Assembly (NCBI GenBank): GCA_008636045.1
Contig: SNRW01000063.1
Coordinates: 1-32,861 of the forward strand
Direction: 5' to 3'
DNA from: Streblomastix strix
Lineage: Eukaryota
DNA length: 32,861 nucleotides
Under the pieces are notes generated by a model. It had not been told where the DNA came from. It was given only the letters and a program-made list of their open reading frames with translations, and did not search any database. This document shows positions 1 through 12,112 of the stretch, one piece after another. Position numbers and translations under genes: made by a program. Positions within the stretch are counted from its first letter, which is position 1; each line of letters opens with the position of its first letter.

Positions 1-1
1 T

Positions 2-508
2 CATGAACATACATAAGCATCGAAAGTGATTGATATTTCTGATGAAAGTGATGATAATCAGAGAAATATCAAATCTCATGATTAATAATAAGATAGCAAA
101 CATAAATAAGATCAACATCATCATTCATATGAAGAAAACAGATCAGGATCATATTCACACAATGGAACACCAATGATGAAGATCAATAGAAGCATAGATA
201 ATAATTCAGATGGAAAGAAAGAAGATTCTCGAAAGATTGAAAAAGAAAACTCAAACTCAAAAGAAACAGAACATCATCATTCTGAATCATCATACCATTC
301 AGATAATAAAGATCATGATACTCCTCATAAACATTCATCATAACACAACCATCCTTATCATTCATCTCATAATTCATCATCGTCTTCTTCTTCTTAATCT
401 TCATCATCCAGATCAAATTCAGATGAACGATAAGAATCATTCAGTCAACACAATGGATAGAATCCAAGAAAGAGGTTTCGTCGTAGTGAAGATGAAAATG
501 ATGATTGA
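2..508 (+). CDS. 3' end of a Ser/His/Asp-rich low-complexity protein (5' partial)
   Basis: Frame from position 2 is open when TAA/TAG=Gln: HEHTQASKVIDISDESDDNQRNIKSHD...GQNPRKRFRRSEDENDD, ending at TGA 506-508. It has a basic NLS-like RKRFRR, and AT-rich intergenic DNA follows. Confidence 0.8.
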
Positions 509-820
509 GTTACTTAAATAATTCAATAGTTTTTTATTTATCTTCAAAAAAATTTAAAATAGAAAAAAATAAAAAAGTTTATTAAAAAAAATGATTTTTT
601 AAATAAATAATAATAATTAAGCAAATCCGCATTTTTTATTCACGTATTGTATTGTCAAATGTTAATAATAAAAGACGTTAATAATTAAAAATAATGAAGT
701 GGAAACAAAATGAAATGATTAATTTGAATTGAATAAATAAAAAATATCTCGCTGACATAAAAGTCAGCTGGTTCTAACAAATACCAGAAACATGGAACTA
801 TTTTATTAAGATATCATTTA

Positions 821-3800
821 TCATTTGTAATTGGAGGAATGAAAATCAAATTCTTCATTAAATATTCTCATTGAATCAATTGGTAATGTATTGAATAGGT
901 TATGATTATTATTAATACTTTGTCTATAAGGACATCGGTTATATTAATTTTAATTATGCAAATCATTGTAGTTATCATTACTTGTAGAATTCAATGATTA
1001 TTTACTATTCTGTAATGTACATTAAATATTATTATCATTTGAACTTAATAGTTCTTCATTATACGAAGGAAGAGTATATTGACTTAAAGTTTATGTTTAT
1101 GAATTATGAGATTTATATTAACCTGTCAATAAATCTATTGTTTTCCTTGATATTTAAGTATTTGTTGAATATTTAGTTTATTATTATTATTTATTATTAT
1201 TTTATATCTTAAACTATGATTCAGACTTTTTAAAGAATTATGGTTTCTAAACCAGTCTATATGATTATAATGTTGATATTATTTAATCTTTTTTATAAAT
1301 TTAGATTTTATCTTTATTTTTCAATTCAATCTTTCCATGATTTTTAATTCTTTTTTTAATCTCTTATTTTGTTTCAATATGAACTTCTCTATTATTATTT
1401 TAATATTATTCATTATTGTCATTAACTTTCTCATCAATAAAGTAATATACTCCTGGAATTTATATTTATTTATTTTATAATTAATTCTATTCAATATGAA
1501 AGCATAATAATGGTTTAAGTGCAAAATGAGTTTTGATTGAACTATTATTAATTTATTCCTTATCATTATATAATGAATTATTTGTATGGAATTATTTCTT
1601 CTAATAAGATTTTCTTCTATAATATTCCTCAAATCTTTATCTATCATTATATTCTTCTTCAGTTTCATTATCATTAATATTATTGCTATCATTATCTATA
1701 TCAATAAAAGAATTGTTGCTTATGCTGCTTTTATTATTATTGTTGTTAATATTTAGCAATTAATCACTTATATGATTATTACTATTATAACTGCTATGTA
1801 ATTAATCTCTTGATTAATTATTATTATTATTGTCATTACTTAATATTTCAGAAGATTACTAGTCTTCATTTACTTATTAATTTAATTCTTTACTGTATTG
1901 ATCATTTGAATCTTCTTGAATAAGCTATTGTTTTTATTTGTATTATCCATTTTCATTCTTTTTTTATTATATTTCATAATTTAATTAATTCAATTCATCT
2001 TTAAGTTATCCAATTTATTAATTTAGTTATTATATTTATTATTTTTCTTGTTAAATTAATTACTATTTTCTTTAATCTTCTTTAAAATTGCAAAATTAAT
2101 GCTGGAGTTAGTTTGCATTCAATATGATATTATTAAATTGAACTTTATTCTATTCTTTAATTAATTTCTTATTTTCTGGATTATTAACCAATTTCAAGAA
2201 TTAATAATATATATCTCTTAACAATTCTTCATTATTCTTTTAACTCCTATTATTATCATTAAATTCATTAAATGAGATTTATTTGAATGGATTTATATTT
2301 CTGAATAAATCACATATTTATGGTAATTATTATCTTTCATTCTAAATCCTGTACAAATTATCAAACTCTTTTTCTTTTCCAATACCAATGAATAATTAAT
2401 ATTTATTATAGTTCTTATTCTTATCCTTATTCTAATTTTCATTATTAGTTTCAATTCTCATTGAATTTTAGTTATTTTATTATTATTAATTTTGTTCAAT
2501 ATTGTTATCATTATAGTATTAATTGGAGCAATTGCATATTTTTAAATACTATATTATATTCCATATTTGTTAATAAATCTGGATAATCTTTTCATAGTTC
2601 TGATGTTTAGCAATTTTATGTATTTATAAATTGTTCTTATTCTAATTAAAATATTGATTGATTATATTAAGATTTGATTGAATCATTTGTTTATTGATAG
2701 ATATTCTATTCTTAATATCATTTATATAAATTTTATTAATTATTATTTCTATTTTATTCTTATCTATATAATCTTAATCATATTTATATTCATTATTAAT
2801 TTGTTTTTTCAAATCTCGATTCTTCAATTTCAATTATTTTAATTATTATTTTCTTTCAAATTTCATTTATGGCTATTGTTCTGTTTCATTAATTGATAAT
2901 AATTAATTGTTGATATTGATGATTTATAATATATTTAATATTTAAAAACATTAATGAAGTTGATAAACATGCAAATTAAATGCTTCTTTTTTTGTCATTA
3001 ATGGTTTGAATATGTCTATATATCCTACATTTATTTCATTAAACACATTAACTTTCTAAATTTCTTATTGTTTTAATTCAAGTCTTTGTTGCAATTGTAT
3101 TTATTCAATATTTTGTATTTGTTATTATAATTATTATTCTATTTATTTAATGTTTTCCAAACTTTATTCCTTATTTAGTATTTATTATTATTTATTATCA
3201 AATGTTTATTAGTGCTGTTATTTCCCATTTTGTATCTATTAATATAATTCCATTTGTTGAAATTATTATTATAAATATTGTTGTTATTATTCTTATTTTT
3301 ATTATTAATTGGAAGATTAGATAAAAGACAATTGTGATAGTCGTAATTTTGCTTAAGGAAGTAATAACGATTAATGAGATGATTTGTGAAATGAAAATTG
3401 TAATGATTATTCTGAAAATTCTGTTTAATTTGGAGTAAATTCTCTTTTTTCTATTTATTTTTTCATTCTAAGTTTATTGCTTTTTCTAAAAAGTTTGTCT
3501 AGAGCAGCATTTTTTGGTGAAGTTAAATATTACTAAGATTAATTAACTTTGGACAATTAGAATCTGTTCAAAAAATCAAAATTTTGTTGGTCTTCAATCC
3601 CAAATTTAGACATAGAATCTTAGTTTTATAAATTAGAAACTTCTTAAGCGGTTTTCACTTCAATGTTTAATAATGAATTTGAATATTGCATTCCAATTGC
3701 ATTTAACTGTGAATCATTATTTTACTAATGCAGTTTGACTTTTCGTTAACTTGATATGTTGCTTGAACCAAGGCGTTTTTTATGAATATATTATTAATCT

Positions 3801-4062
3801 ACAACTATATGATTATCAGTAATTTCTGAATTATAAATTTAATATATAAATAAAAATTATTAAATAAATTTAACGTAAAAAATGGTATGCCTTGGGTATG
3901 TACACAGTAAAGTTGAGCTTTTTCTTCGGATATCTGCTCTTCGCCACACATTTAGTCAATTGTACTCATTTCACAAAAATGATCTTCTATGCAGTACTCT
4001 TCCTTGGAAATATCGATGAGCGTATCTAAAATGCTTCTGGTAATCAAGGAACTGTGGTTCAT
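821..4062 (-). CDS. Large Gln/Asn-rich hypothetical protein (~1,050 aa); 5' structure uncertain
   Basis: A long exon 3825..821 keeps the same frame at both ends and has no TGA in the stretches read (ITDNHIVVDQQYIHKKRLGSS...IDSMRIFNEEFDFHSSNYK*). Acceptor CAG is at 3828-3826. The best first exon is ATG 4062..3891 (MNHSSLITRSILDTLIDISKEEYCIEDHFCE...), which needs a GC or GTGTAC donor. Confidence 0.7.
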
Positions 4063-4594
4063 AGATTTTTTATTGGGATTTTTAGAGTTCGCAGATTTTA
4101 TTCATAATTTTATTGTGTAAATTAGTTTATATTATTGCATAGAGTCTCATGCAAATAAATTTTAATTATTCAGTTGACTATCTGTTTTGAAAAATTGGCT
4201 TACAAATTATTTATCGCCTGAATAGTATTATAGTTTTAATATAATAAATTTACTATTAATTAACCTTATAATTTACCTATTCAATAATATGAGTATGTTT
4301 ACCTATTCGTATATTCTGGAATGCAAGCGTTACTATAAATCTTACTTATATCACGTTATATTATCTTAATTTTGAATTAACAATAAAATATTACTGCATT
4401 TCTTATGATAATTCAATTTTATTTTGTTATTCTAAATTTATTCAAACTAATACTTCTGATATTCAATTTTAAATTTTAAATATTAAAATGACTGATTTGC
4501 AGCCTTTAAATTGTTTTTAAAATTTTAATTCATTTATTTATTATATTATAAATATTTTTATGTTATTTTTTATTTATAAAATTTTAACAGTACT

Positions 4595-7500
4595 ATGTCA
4601 AAGACGCCGTTTCAAGGTGGCACAAATTTTGAAATTTTTTCAGCAAGCGGAAAGAATCCAGAAGCTAGTATATATTTTATTTTATTAATAGAACAAAAAT
4701 ATTTTTGTTAAATATAATTTACCATTTTAGACTGCAAAATGGTTGGAAAACCTCCGAAACAATTTAATGAAATATGCAAATCAAATGTCTACAACTTGCT
4801 CGAACCTGGCACTAAATTCTCATGGCCAAAAGATAATAAAATTGGATGTGTGATATTTATTTATTATTTTACGTTATTATAAATAATAATTTTTTAATTT
4901 GTACCTTTTTTTTCAGTAACTTAACAATTTCTTGTCTTCCAAATCTTTGTTCCATAAGGAGTTCATTTCAGTATTCATATCGAGTATGTCAAAAATATTT
5001 GAATTTTGTCAATTATAGTTATTTATATAAATTAATTATATATTTTTTTAATTCTTAACTCAATTTTAAACTATTTTTCTATATATTATTTATTTATTAA
5101 GTGTAACTGACATTAAAAACAATAAAAAGCGTCTCTAATTCTCCACCGCATAAAAATAAATCAGTGAAACTCCATTACATGCAATAGTGCCATTAGTTGG
5201 ACTTAGAAGAGATACTGTATGCTTTTATAATAATAAAATAAATTACATCAAAAGTTATTTATTTTTATTAATAAAATAAGAATTATTATTTATTTATACA
5301 TTTGTTTATATTTTCATACTAATTAGTGGATCAATGCTGTATTTGACATACAAAGCTTCATGACGTCCATATTCAAACAGCCTCAACAAACTGTTGATTC
5401 AATTGACTTATTTGCTTAGTTCATGATAAGGAAGATATTCACTTTGAAGAATTGCCCTCCTGTTAGTGGTGATGAACCAGGTATGATTGAAGTATTTATT
5501 ATTTGTAATGATTATTGATTGAACTATTTAGAATTTATTAAAATTTGAATAGAATTTATTATTATTTGTATAGAATTTTTTATTATATAATATCCAACAA
5601 TATTTATTAATAAATAATTTATTATTTTATAATTTAATTTATTTATAATTTATTTTATTATTATAATCATTCAGGTCCATCTGGTGATTTCCCTCCTGGA
5701 GTTTCAATTGTTGAAGCTATTCCTAAAGTATAAATTTAATAATTTAATAATAATTTATTTATTTATTTTAAATTTATATTTTTAATGAATTTAAAATTTC
5801 TGTTGCATTTTATTATTATTTTTTTTTTTAATTTTATTCTTTTTTTATTCTTCATTTATTTATATATTTTAAGGATCAACAATTTGTATCATCATTCAAA
5901 AACTTCGCAACTTAAGTTTTTTGGTTTGAAAAGACACAATCTCTGATGATAAGAGATAATCAAGTATATTAATATACTATAAATAAATATTTTTAAATAT
6001 TTTCTGTTTATCAATTTAATTTCATTCTCATTATATATTTATTATTAAAATGTATTTCATTTTATATTAATATGACATTCAGATGTCTGGTGCAGCACAA
6101 GGATCTTTAGCTGCATCAATCGCTCTTGGTGCTTCATATGCAAATGATCTTCATGGAACAGTTGGATCTACAGTTTGATATTTGATAAATAAATTATTGA
6201 ATTAAAATGAAAGATTATATTTTTTTTTCTACTTTTATTATTAATTCTTCATTTCCTTAATATTTCTCAATTATTTCATATGTTTCTATTATTTAATATA
6301 GTCATCCGGTTCAATCCGCACTTCATCTGCTGGCGACTCAAATCTGAAAGCAAAAACTCCTCCAGTTGGACAATTTCCATCTTAATCTTAGCAACAATAA
6401 CAAAAAATATAATAATCTCCTTCATAATAATAATAATCTTCTTCATAATAGTAATCCTCATTAACCAAACATCCTTCCAAGTCTTCCATTCCATCTTTAT
6501 CTTCTTCTCCATCAGTTGATGTTTCTTCTTAATCTTCCTTATCTTCATCTCATTCCAATATATAATAGCAGAATTCTTCATAGGCTAATTCTTCACGTCA
6601 AAATAAACCATAATAACAATAATAGTAATAATAATAGTAATAATAATAATTACAGCATTTTTCAACTACAATTGCTAATGTGAATTTAATTGAAGAGTAA
6701 TAATTAAAATTATAATAATAGTAAATATAAGGTTAAAGAACAGATTCAGCTCCAGATAAAATAAAAGCAAAATCAAAAGAAAATATGGGAATAACAATTG
6801 CACCTTCTGGTATAAATAATACTTCTAATTAATAATAGAAAAATCAGTTATTATTTAATCATAATTTAAATTATTTATATTATATATTTTATATTTATAT
6901 TATATATAATCAATCAGGCAAATAAGAAAAAACAGGAAGTGGAAGTTCATTGACAAAAGCAAAACCATCACAAATTACTCCAAAAGGATCCTTCAAATAG
7001 TAAGAATTCAATGAAGAAGTAAAGAAAGTTGAAGAAACGAAGAAATAAGTTAATAAATAAGAAGAAAATAAAGCAGATTAATTGAAGGATAAAAAAGATG
7101 ATAAAAACAAAACATTGAAGAAAGTTAAGAAAGATGAAAAAGACAAAACCATTAAAAAAGAAGAACCCAAATAGCAATCTGAATAAATATAATAAAAGAA
7201 AGAAGAATAATAATCTGAATAAAAGAAAGACAATGATGAAAAAGATAAAGATAAAGATATTGAAAAAGATAAAGATAATGATTCAGATTCAACAACATCT
7301 TCATCTGATTCAGACTCAGATTCTGATTCAGACTCAGATTCTGATGGCAAACCCCGCGGATTTGGCTTCCCACCTCCTGGATCAAAGCCTTTCAAGCCCA
7401 AATATCCAAAAGCTGCTTCTAAACTCCCATCCAAATATCTGAATGAGTTAAAAGAACAATAAAAGAATAACGAATTTGGCGATGATTCTAATAATGGATT

Positions 7501-8333
7501 CAACACGATTAATTTTAATGACAGTTAAATTGATGCTAATTAAGGCCAAAGCGGAGAATAATTTCAATTTACAGATGATCCGTTTGCATCTTTTGGGGGG
7601 ATTGGGAACAATGATAGTAATAATAGAACCAATGGTGGAGGAACTTTAGTTAATCCTGAATTGGAGCAGATTCTTCTCCAATCGTCGATGTTACTGAAAC
7701 CGAGATACGCTGGAACGATGACATCTACAATGATTGCTGGGTTTGAGTAAGAATAATAAAAATAAAATAGTTCTAATGGGGATAATCAACTAAACACCAC
7801 AACGGGGATAAATAGTACAATTAATAATAATAATGCAAGTATATAGAAACATGGCCAACTAACCATAAATTCCATAACAACACTTAAACCAGGATAAACA
7901 ATATCATCTGGACAAAAATCGCCCAAATCTGGAGCTATGAACCAGTCGATAAACCGAACCATAGCTCCTAATGCAACCATACTTAGATAGCAACTCCCAC
8001 TCAACAGCACATTGATGGAAGTTATCAGCGATGTCCCACCTGAGAAAGCGTATGCGGAATACACACCTGGACAGGAGAACGATGATGATGAATCGACGTC
8101 GAGTGAGAAGGAGCTTGAGAGTTCGGGCAGTGATGAGGAAGCTAAGTTGAAGTGTGGATTATTTATGTGATTTTAAATATATTTGAATTAAATTTAGTTA
8201 TATAAAATTGAATTGAATTAATTAAATATTGTTATTATAATATTTCAGATCGACAATCAAAAACACGCCAAAGCCGAAGGGTATGACAAATAGGAAGCAA
8301 AAAACGCCAATTGCGAAAAAGAAGAAGAGGTGA
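4595..8333 (+). CDS. CFAP20DC: CFAP20 domain-containing protein (C3orf67/DUF667-like) with a long Q/S/K/D-rich disordered tail; 11 exons
   Basis: Exons 4595-4667, 4731-4847, 4917-4983, 5102-5216, 5327-5480, 5675-5727, 5874-5963, 6083-6172, 6302-6846, 6918-8151, 8249-8333 join in frame across GT-AG introns. The N-terminus FQGGTNFEIFSASGKNP...PKDNKIGLTQQFLVFQIFVPQG...KKRLQFST...TPLHAIVPL...WINAVFDI...IRKIFTLK matches motifs I recognise from CFAP20DC (YQGG..VEIFSAQGKNP; LGLIQRFLVLQIYVP; TPLHAKIPL; LRKIFTLK). Confidence 0.9.
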
Positions 8334-8487
8334 CGAGCTAGTTCTAAATATACAATAATGTTAACTTATTCTTTTATTAATAATAAAATAATAATTCAAT
8401 AGCGTCTTATTAAGGAATAATAATAAGATAAATGCTGATGAAATCATTTTTTTGAGAAAAAAATAAATAAATAAATAAAAATGAGCT

Positions 8488-9933
8488 TCAATTAAAAAGG
8501 AATATGTAAGAAATAGCCACATGTGCAAAGTGTTTGATTTTCATTCCTTCTCCTTCTCCATCTGCATTCACGAGCTCACTGACATAATCTGTCGCATCTC
8601 TGACAGATCCATCTTCGTATTTGATGCTGTAAATTCTTCCATCTTCATTCAGAGCTGTGAAGTGAGTCTTCTTAGTTAGAATAAGAGTATTTAATTCACT
8701 CACATCAAAAGGCAACTATAGAACTTTCTGTGGCTATGTCAGTTCAGTAACAAATTCTTTATGTTCTTTGTACATTCCTCTTGTGATAATCACACGACCT
8801 GATTCAGTTACATATGCGTCAAATATATGATGGTTAATATGAACAATCTTTTCCCCACTAAAGAACTTTGGATCGATTGGAGTGAAACTGTATCTGTATT
8901 TCTTCTCAGCTTCAGTATATGCTTGAGCTAATACTATTCCTTAAGTTGTCAGGAATGCTTTTGCACGTCGGAAATATTTGACAACATGGAATGTGCCAAA
9001 TATACCGAATTGACCTTCTGCTCCTGAAAGACTACCACGAAGTTCATCAAGGAAAAATGGTTTCATTTTAGCTGTATCTGTAAGTTCAATGAATCCATTC
9101 TCTGGAATATTAGGCCATCCTTAGAACTCTTATAATTGACCATATGCAAATACAGCACCATTCTCTAAGATAATAATAGCTCTATGTAATTCAAAGCAAA
9201 ATGATCTGATTTTGCATGGTCCAATTGAACTTGGAATCAATCCATTCTCTGCATTGAAATGTGGATTTAATCTCCAAACTTCTGTGCCATCGTCCCAATT
9301 TCCATCATCATTCATTCCACGAGACCACAATTGTCCATTTTCAGTCAGTGCCAATGTAAATGCACCTGCAGATTTCACATCGACGAATCTTATTTCTTGT
9401 GGCGGAAGTTTAATGGTTTTGAACCATTCTTGTGATTTGGTTACGTGTGTTGGAGAGTAATGCTCGGGCATAATGCATAGTTCCGCTTTCAGTTAATTCA
9501 GACCGTTAATGTAGATTGCAGCCCAGGCGTAGAATGAGATATTATTGTCGAAACGCTGGTTGCTGTAGATTAGAGTGACTTTCTTGAAACGCTATGATTA
9601 CACGGTCGGGTTCTCTGTCTTCAATGTTCTGATATCAACAATCGTAGTCTTCACTTCTGTCTTATCTTCATCAGTACGATTTGGATCGATTACTGAAGCG
9701 ACTTGAGGTAGTCGCTTGACAATAAGTGCTCTTTTGAATGTATTGTAAGAAAGAGCTGATTCAAGGATACTAAAAAATCTATTATGATCTTTAAGAGCAT
9801 ATGTTCTTTTATCGATACCTAGGAATTGTAGTATATCTGGTATTGTAGTTGTTTCAGACAGAATTTCGAGCAATGTGTTTTATCCAAGTCCAATTAACCC
9901 ACCAATGACGTTGTATTCTTGAGGTGTGGACAT
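8488..9933 (-). CDS. Intronless protein with an N-terminal F-box-like motif and degenerate RCC1/BLIP-II-like beta-repeats (~481 aa)
   Basis: ATG 9933 to TGA 8490-8488 is continuous once TAA/TAG=Gln and joins three supplied ORF fragments. It contains GLIGLGQNTLLEILSE..IPDILQFLGIDKRTY (F-box-like) and RCC1-like repeats VDVKSAGAFTLALTENGQLWSRG, HRAIIILENGAVFAYG, AYVTESGRV and HFTALNEDGRIYS. Confidence 0.85.
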
Positions 9934-10739
9934 ATAAAAACCTGCAAAAATAATAAAAATCAAATATGATGAGATGGTTATTATGCAATTAAAAGCTAAT
10001 ATAAGAGTTATAAATGAATTATAAAAAATAACTTTGCTTTTTTATTTATGATTTAAATATTTTTATGTTTTATAATAAAAAGTATTTAAAAGTTGTTACT
10101 TTTATTTTTAATTAAATTTGAGAAATTCAACATATGAAAATTAGATCCTTGTTGGTAGAAATATGAGTAATTAAAAAAAAACAAATTTCATAATCACTTT
10201 ATCATTCAATTCATCGAGCACTATTTACCAAAAAGTGAATTACTACAATTTTGTATTTTTTATTTTGTACTGCTTACAATTAAGTTGTATCTAACGGTGG
10301 AATACAGTAAATATTTAATTTGTGAAGTGTTAAAATATATATTATCTCTTAATTAATTTTTTAACTAATATAATTCATATTAGTTCAATATTACTAAAAT
10401 CATTAACATTTAACAATTCACTCACTCAGAAAATAAACCAAATTTTTATATTTTTTAAAACTCATTTCCTCTTCTCTGATTCATTATTTTATTTTAATAT
10501 TTAATCATTTATATTTAATATTTTATTATAGAAAATATTGATTTATTAAAATAAAAATTGGTTTTTTTAAATACGTTGCACCCAAGCTTGAAAATAAATT
10601 TTAATTAATTTCCACAAATTATAAAAATAACACACATATTTTTATTTAATTCTTCATTAAATTGTTTATATATATATTTTAATATCAATTTATACTAAAA
10701 TTATATAATTTTTTTAACATTTTTAATTGTTATTTGCAG

Positions 10740-11600
10740 ACTTCAAGATTAAAAGTATTATCTGTGAACATTGATGGACTTTTATCTTCTAAAGAACTAA
10801 AGAATTCATATTTACTTTTTTATTTTATAACATTGGCAATTGAATAACATTTTGTTATTAAAATAGGTTTTTAGAACACTTGGCATGCACAGGTTTTAAT
10901 TTAAAAGGTTTATTTAATTGAATTATTCTTATTTTTATTTAAATTATCAAGAGAAAGCGCATTCAAATAGTATGATTTTCTCATTAATATAAACTGATTA
11001 CATTTCTATATAAACTGTATGCATATCTAATTAGTAGTTAATGAAAAGGACCGATACCCTCACATTGATAAACACAATGATTTGCCTACACCAGAAATAT
11101 CAAGAATTATTGCTATTTGTTGGTATATGTAAATTAGTCGTATTATCCAGTATCCAAAATTTTTGAATAAATTTAATATTAATAAAGTTATTCGGTTAAA
11201 ATAATTATTTGCATTGTTTTAAAAATGTCGTTACTAATGAAAAATAATTGTTATGATTTTTGTTGTGCGTTAATAAAAAAATAATTGATCACATCTCTGA
11301 ATCCAACAAATGAACGAGATTTATTGCAATGTTTCGGGCATTGTTCTTTTTCATTAACTACTCGATAGAGCATTATCTCGCTCAGATCTAACTTATTTAT
11401 GTAATTTTATCATGATTGGTAATCTGTTGAATCAAGTTTTCACTGATGAAATTGAAATAATCGTATCGACCAGTTGATTGATGACTGAAATGCATTATTT
11501 GAAGAAATTAGTGATGATGAACAGTTTCAGAATCGACTATAAACATCATTTTTGGAACCTATGACTAATATATGACCTTAGGATAGAGTATCAAAGTAAC
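10740..11600 (+). pseudogene. Degraded coding-like remnant of unknown identity
   Basis: Higher GC and protein-like stretches (RLKVLSVNIDGLLSSKELK; NEKDRYPHIDKHNDLPTPEISRIIAICW; LNPTNERDLLQCFGHCSFSL; NALFEEISDDEQFQNRL) are broken by several TGA stops, with intron-like AT tracts between them. Confidence 0.3.
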
Positions 11601-11845
11601 ATGGAAAATTATGTTTTTTAATCAGAATTCTAATCTATTAAAATTTTTTTATTTCCATTATATTAACTGAAAAATTGTAGAAAAATTGAAGTTTTCTGAT
11701 TGACCTGAGAATCGATGTCGTAATTAATGTTCATACGTTGATCATGAGTTTGATGTTAAATGTTAGTGATTGGACTGATGATTCGGTCGAATTCTTGAAA
11801 TTAAAGCGGATTTTTTTAGAAAAAATAAAAAAGATTAATGGGGTG

Positions 11846-12055
11846 GATAAATGAAGTGATATGTCCATTTGCATCGAGTGCATTGAGTGCATTGTGTCAT
11901 AAGCTGACATGTTGGATTCCTGCCATATTAAACATAATGCCAAAGAGTTATAATCATAGATAATTGAAGTGAATTGTCCAGGTACATCGAGTGCATTGGG
12001 TGCTTTGTTTCATAAGCTGACACTTTGGATTCCTGCTATATAAGACATAATGCCA
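11846..12055. repeat. Two-copy tandem repeat, period 113 bp
   Basis: GATAA(A/T)TGAAGTGA..TGTCCA....CATCGAGTGCATTG.GTGC.TTGT.TCATAAGCTGACA..TTGGATTCCTGC.ATAT...ACATAATGCCA begins at 11846 and again at 11959. Confidence 0.9.
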
Positions 12056-12112
12056 TTAATTAAATAAAAATTTGTTTTAAAAAACTTTTTGAACTTTTTA
12101 TCCATAAGCAAA

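Noticed and set aside
3875..4450. Possible TGA=Trp (all-stops-reassigned) code
   Set aside because: Intact genes in the window use TGG for Trp and TGA only at their ends. In-frame TGAs elsewhere lie in elements that also carry frameshifts, and one corresponds to GGA in the sister copy.
183..7506. Supplied short ORFs rich in I/M/K/F (e.g. 210-521, 6276-6581, 7078-7506, 7134-7442)
   Set aside because: They are off-frame or antisense shadows of low-complexity table-6 genes, and the true frames contain TAA/TAG.
10740..10800. LKVLSVNIDGL resembles the N-terminus of an APE/EEP endonuclease (non-LTR retroelement)
   Set aside because: No downstream QE, GDFN or SDH motifs and no reverse transcriptase motifs were found.
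11846..12055. CRISPR-like repeat
   Set aside because: Only two long diverged units, no unique spacers, eukaryotic context and no cas genes.
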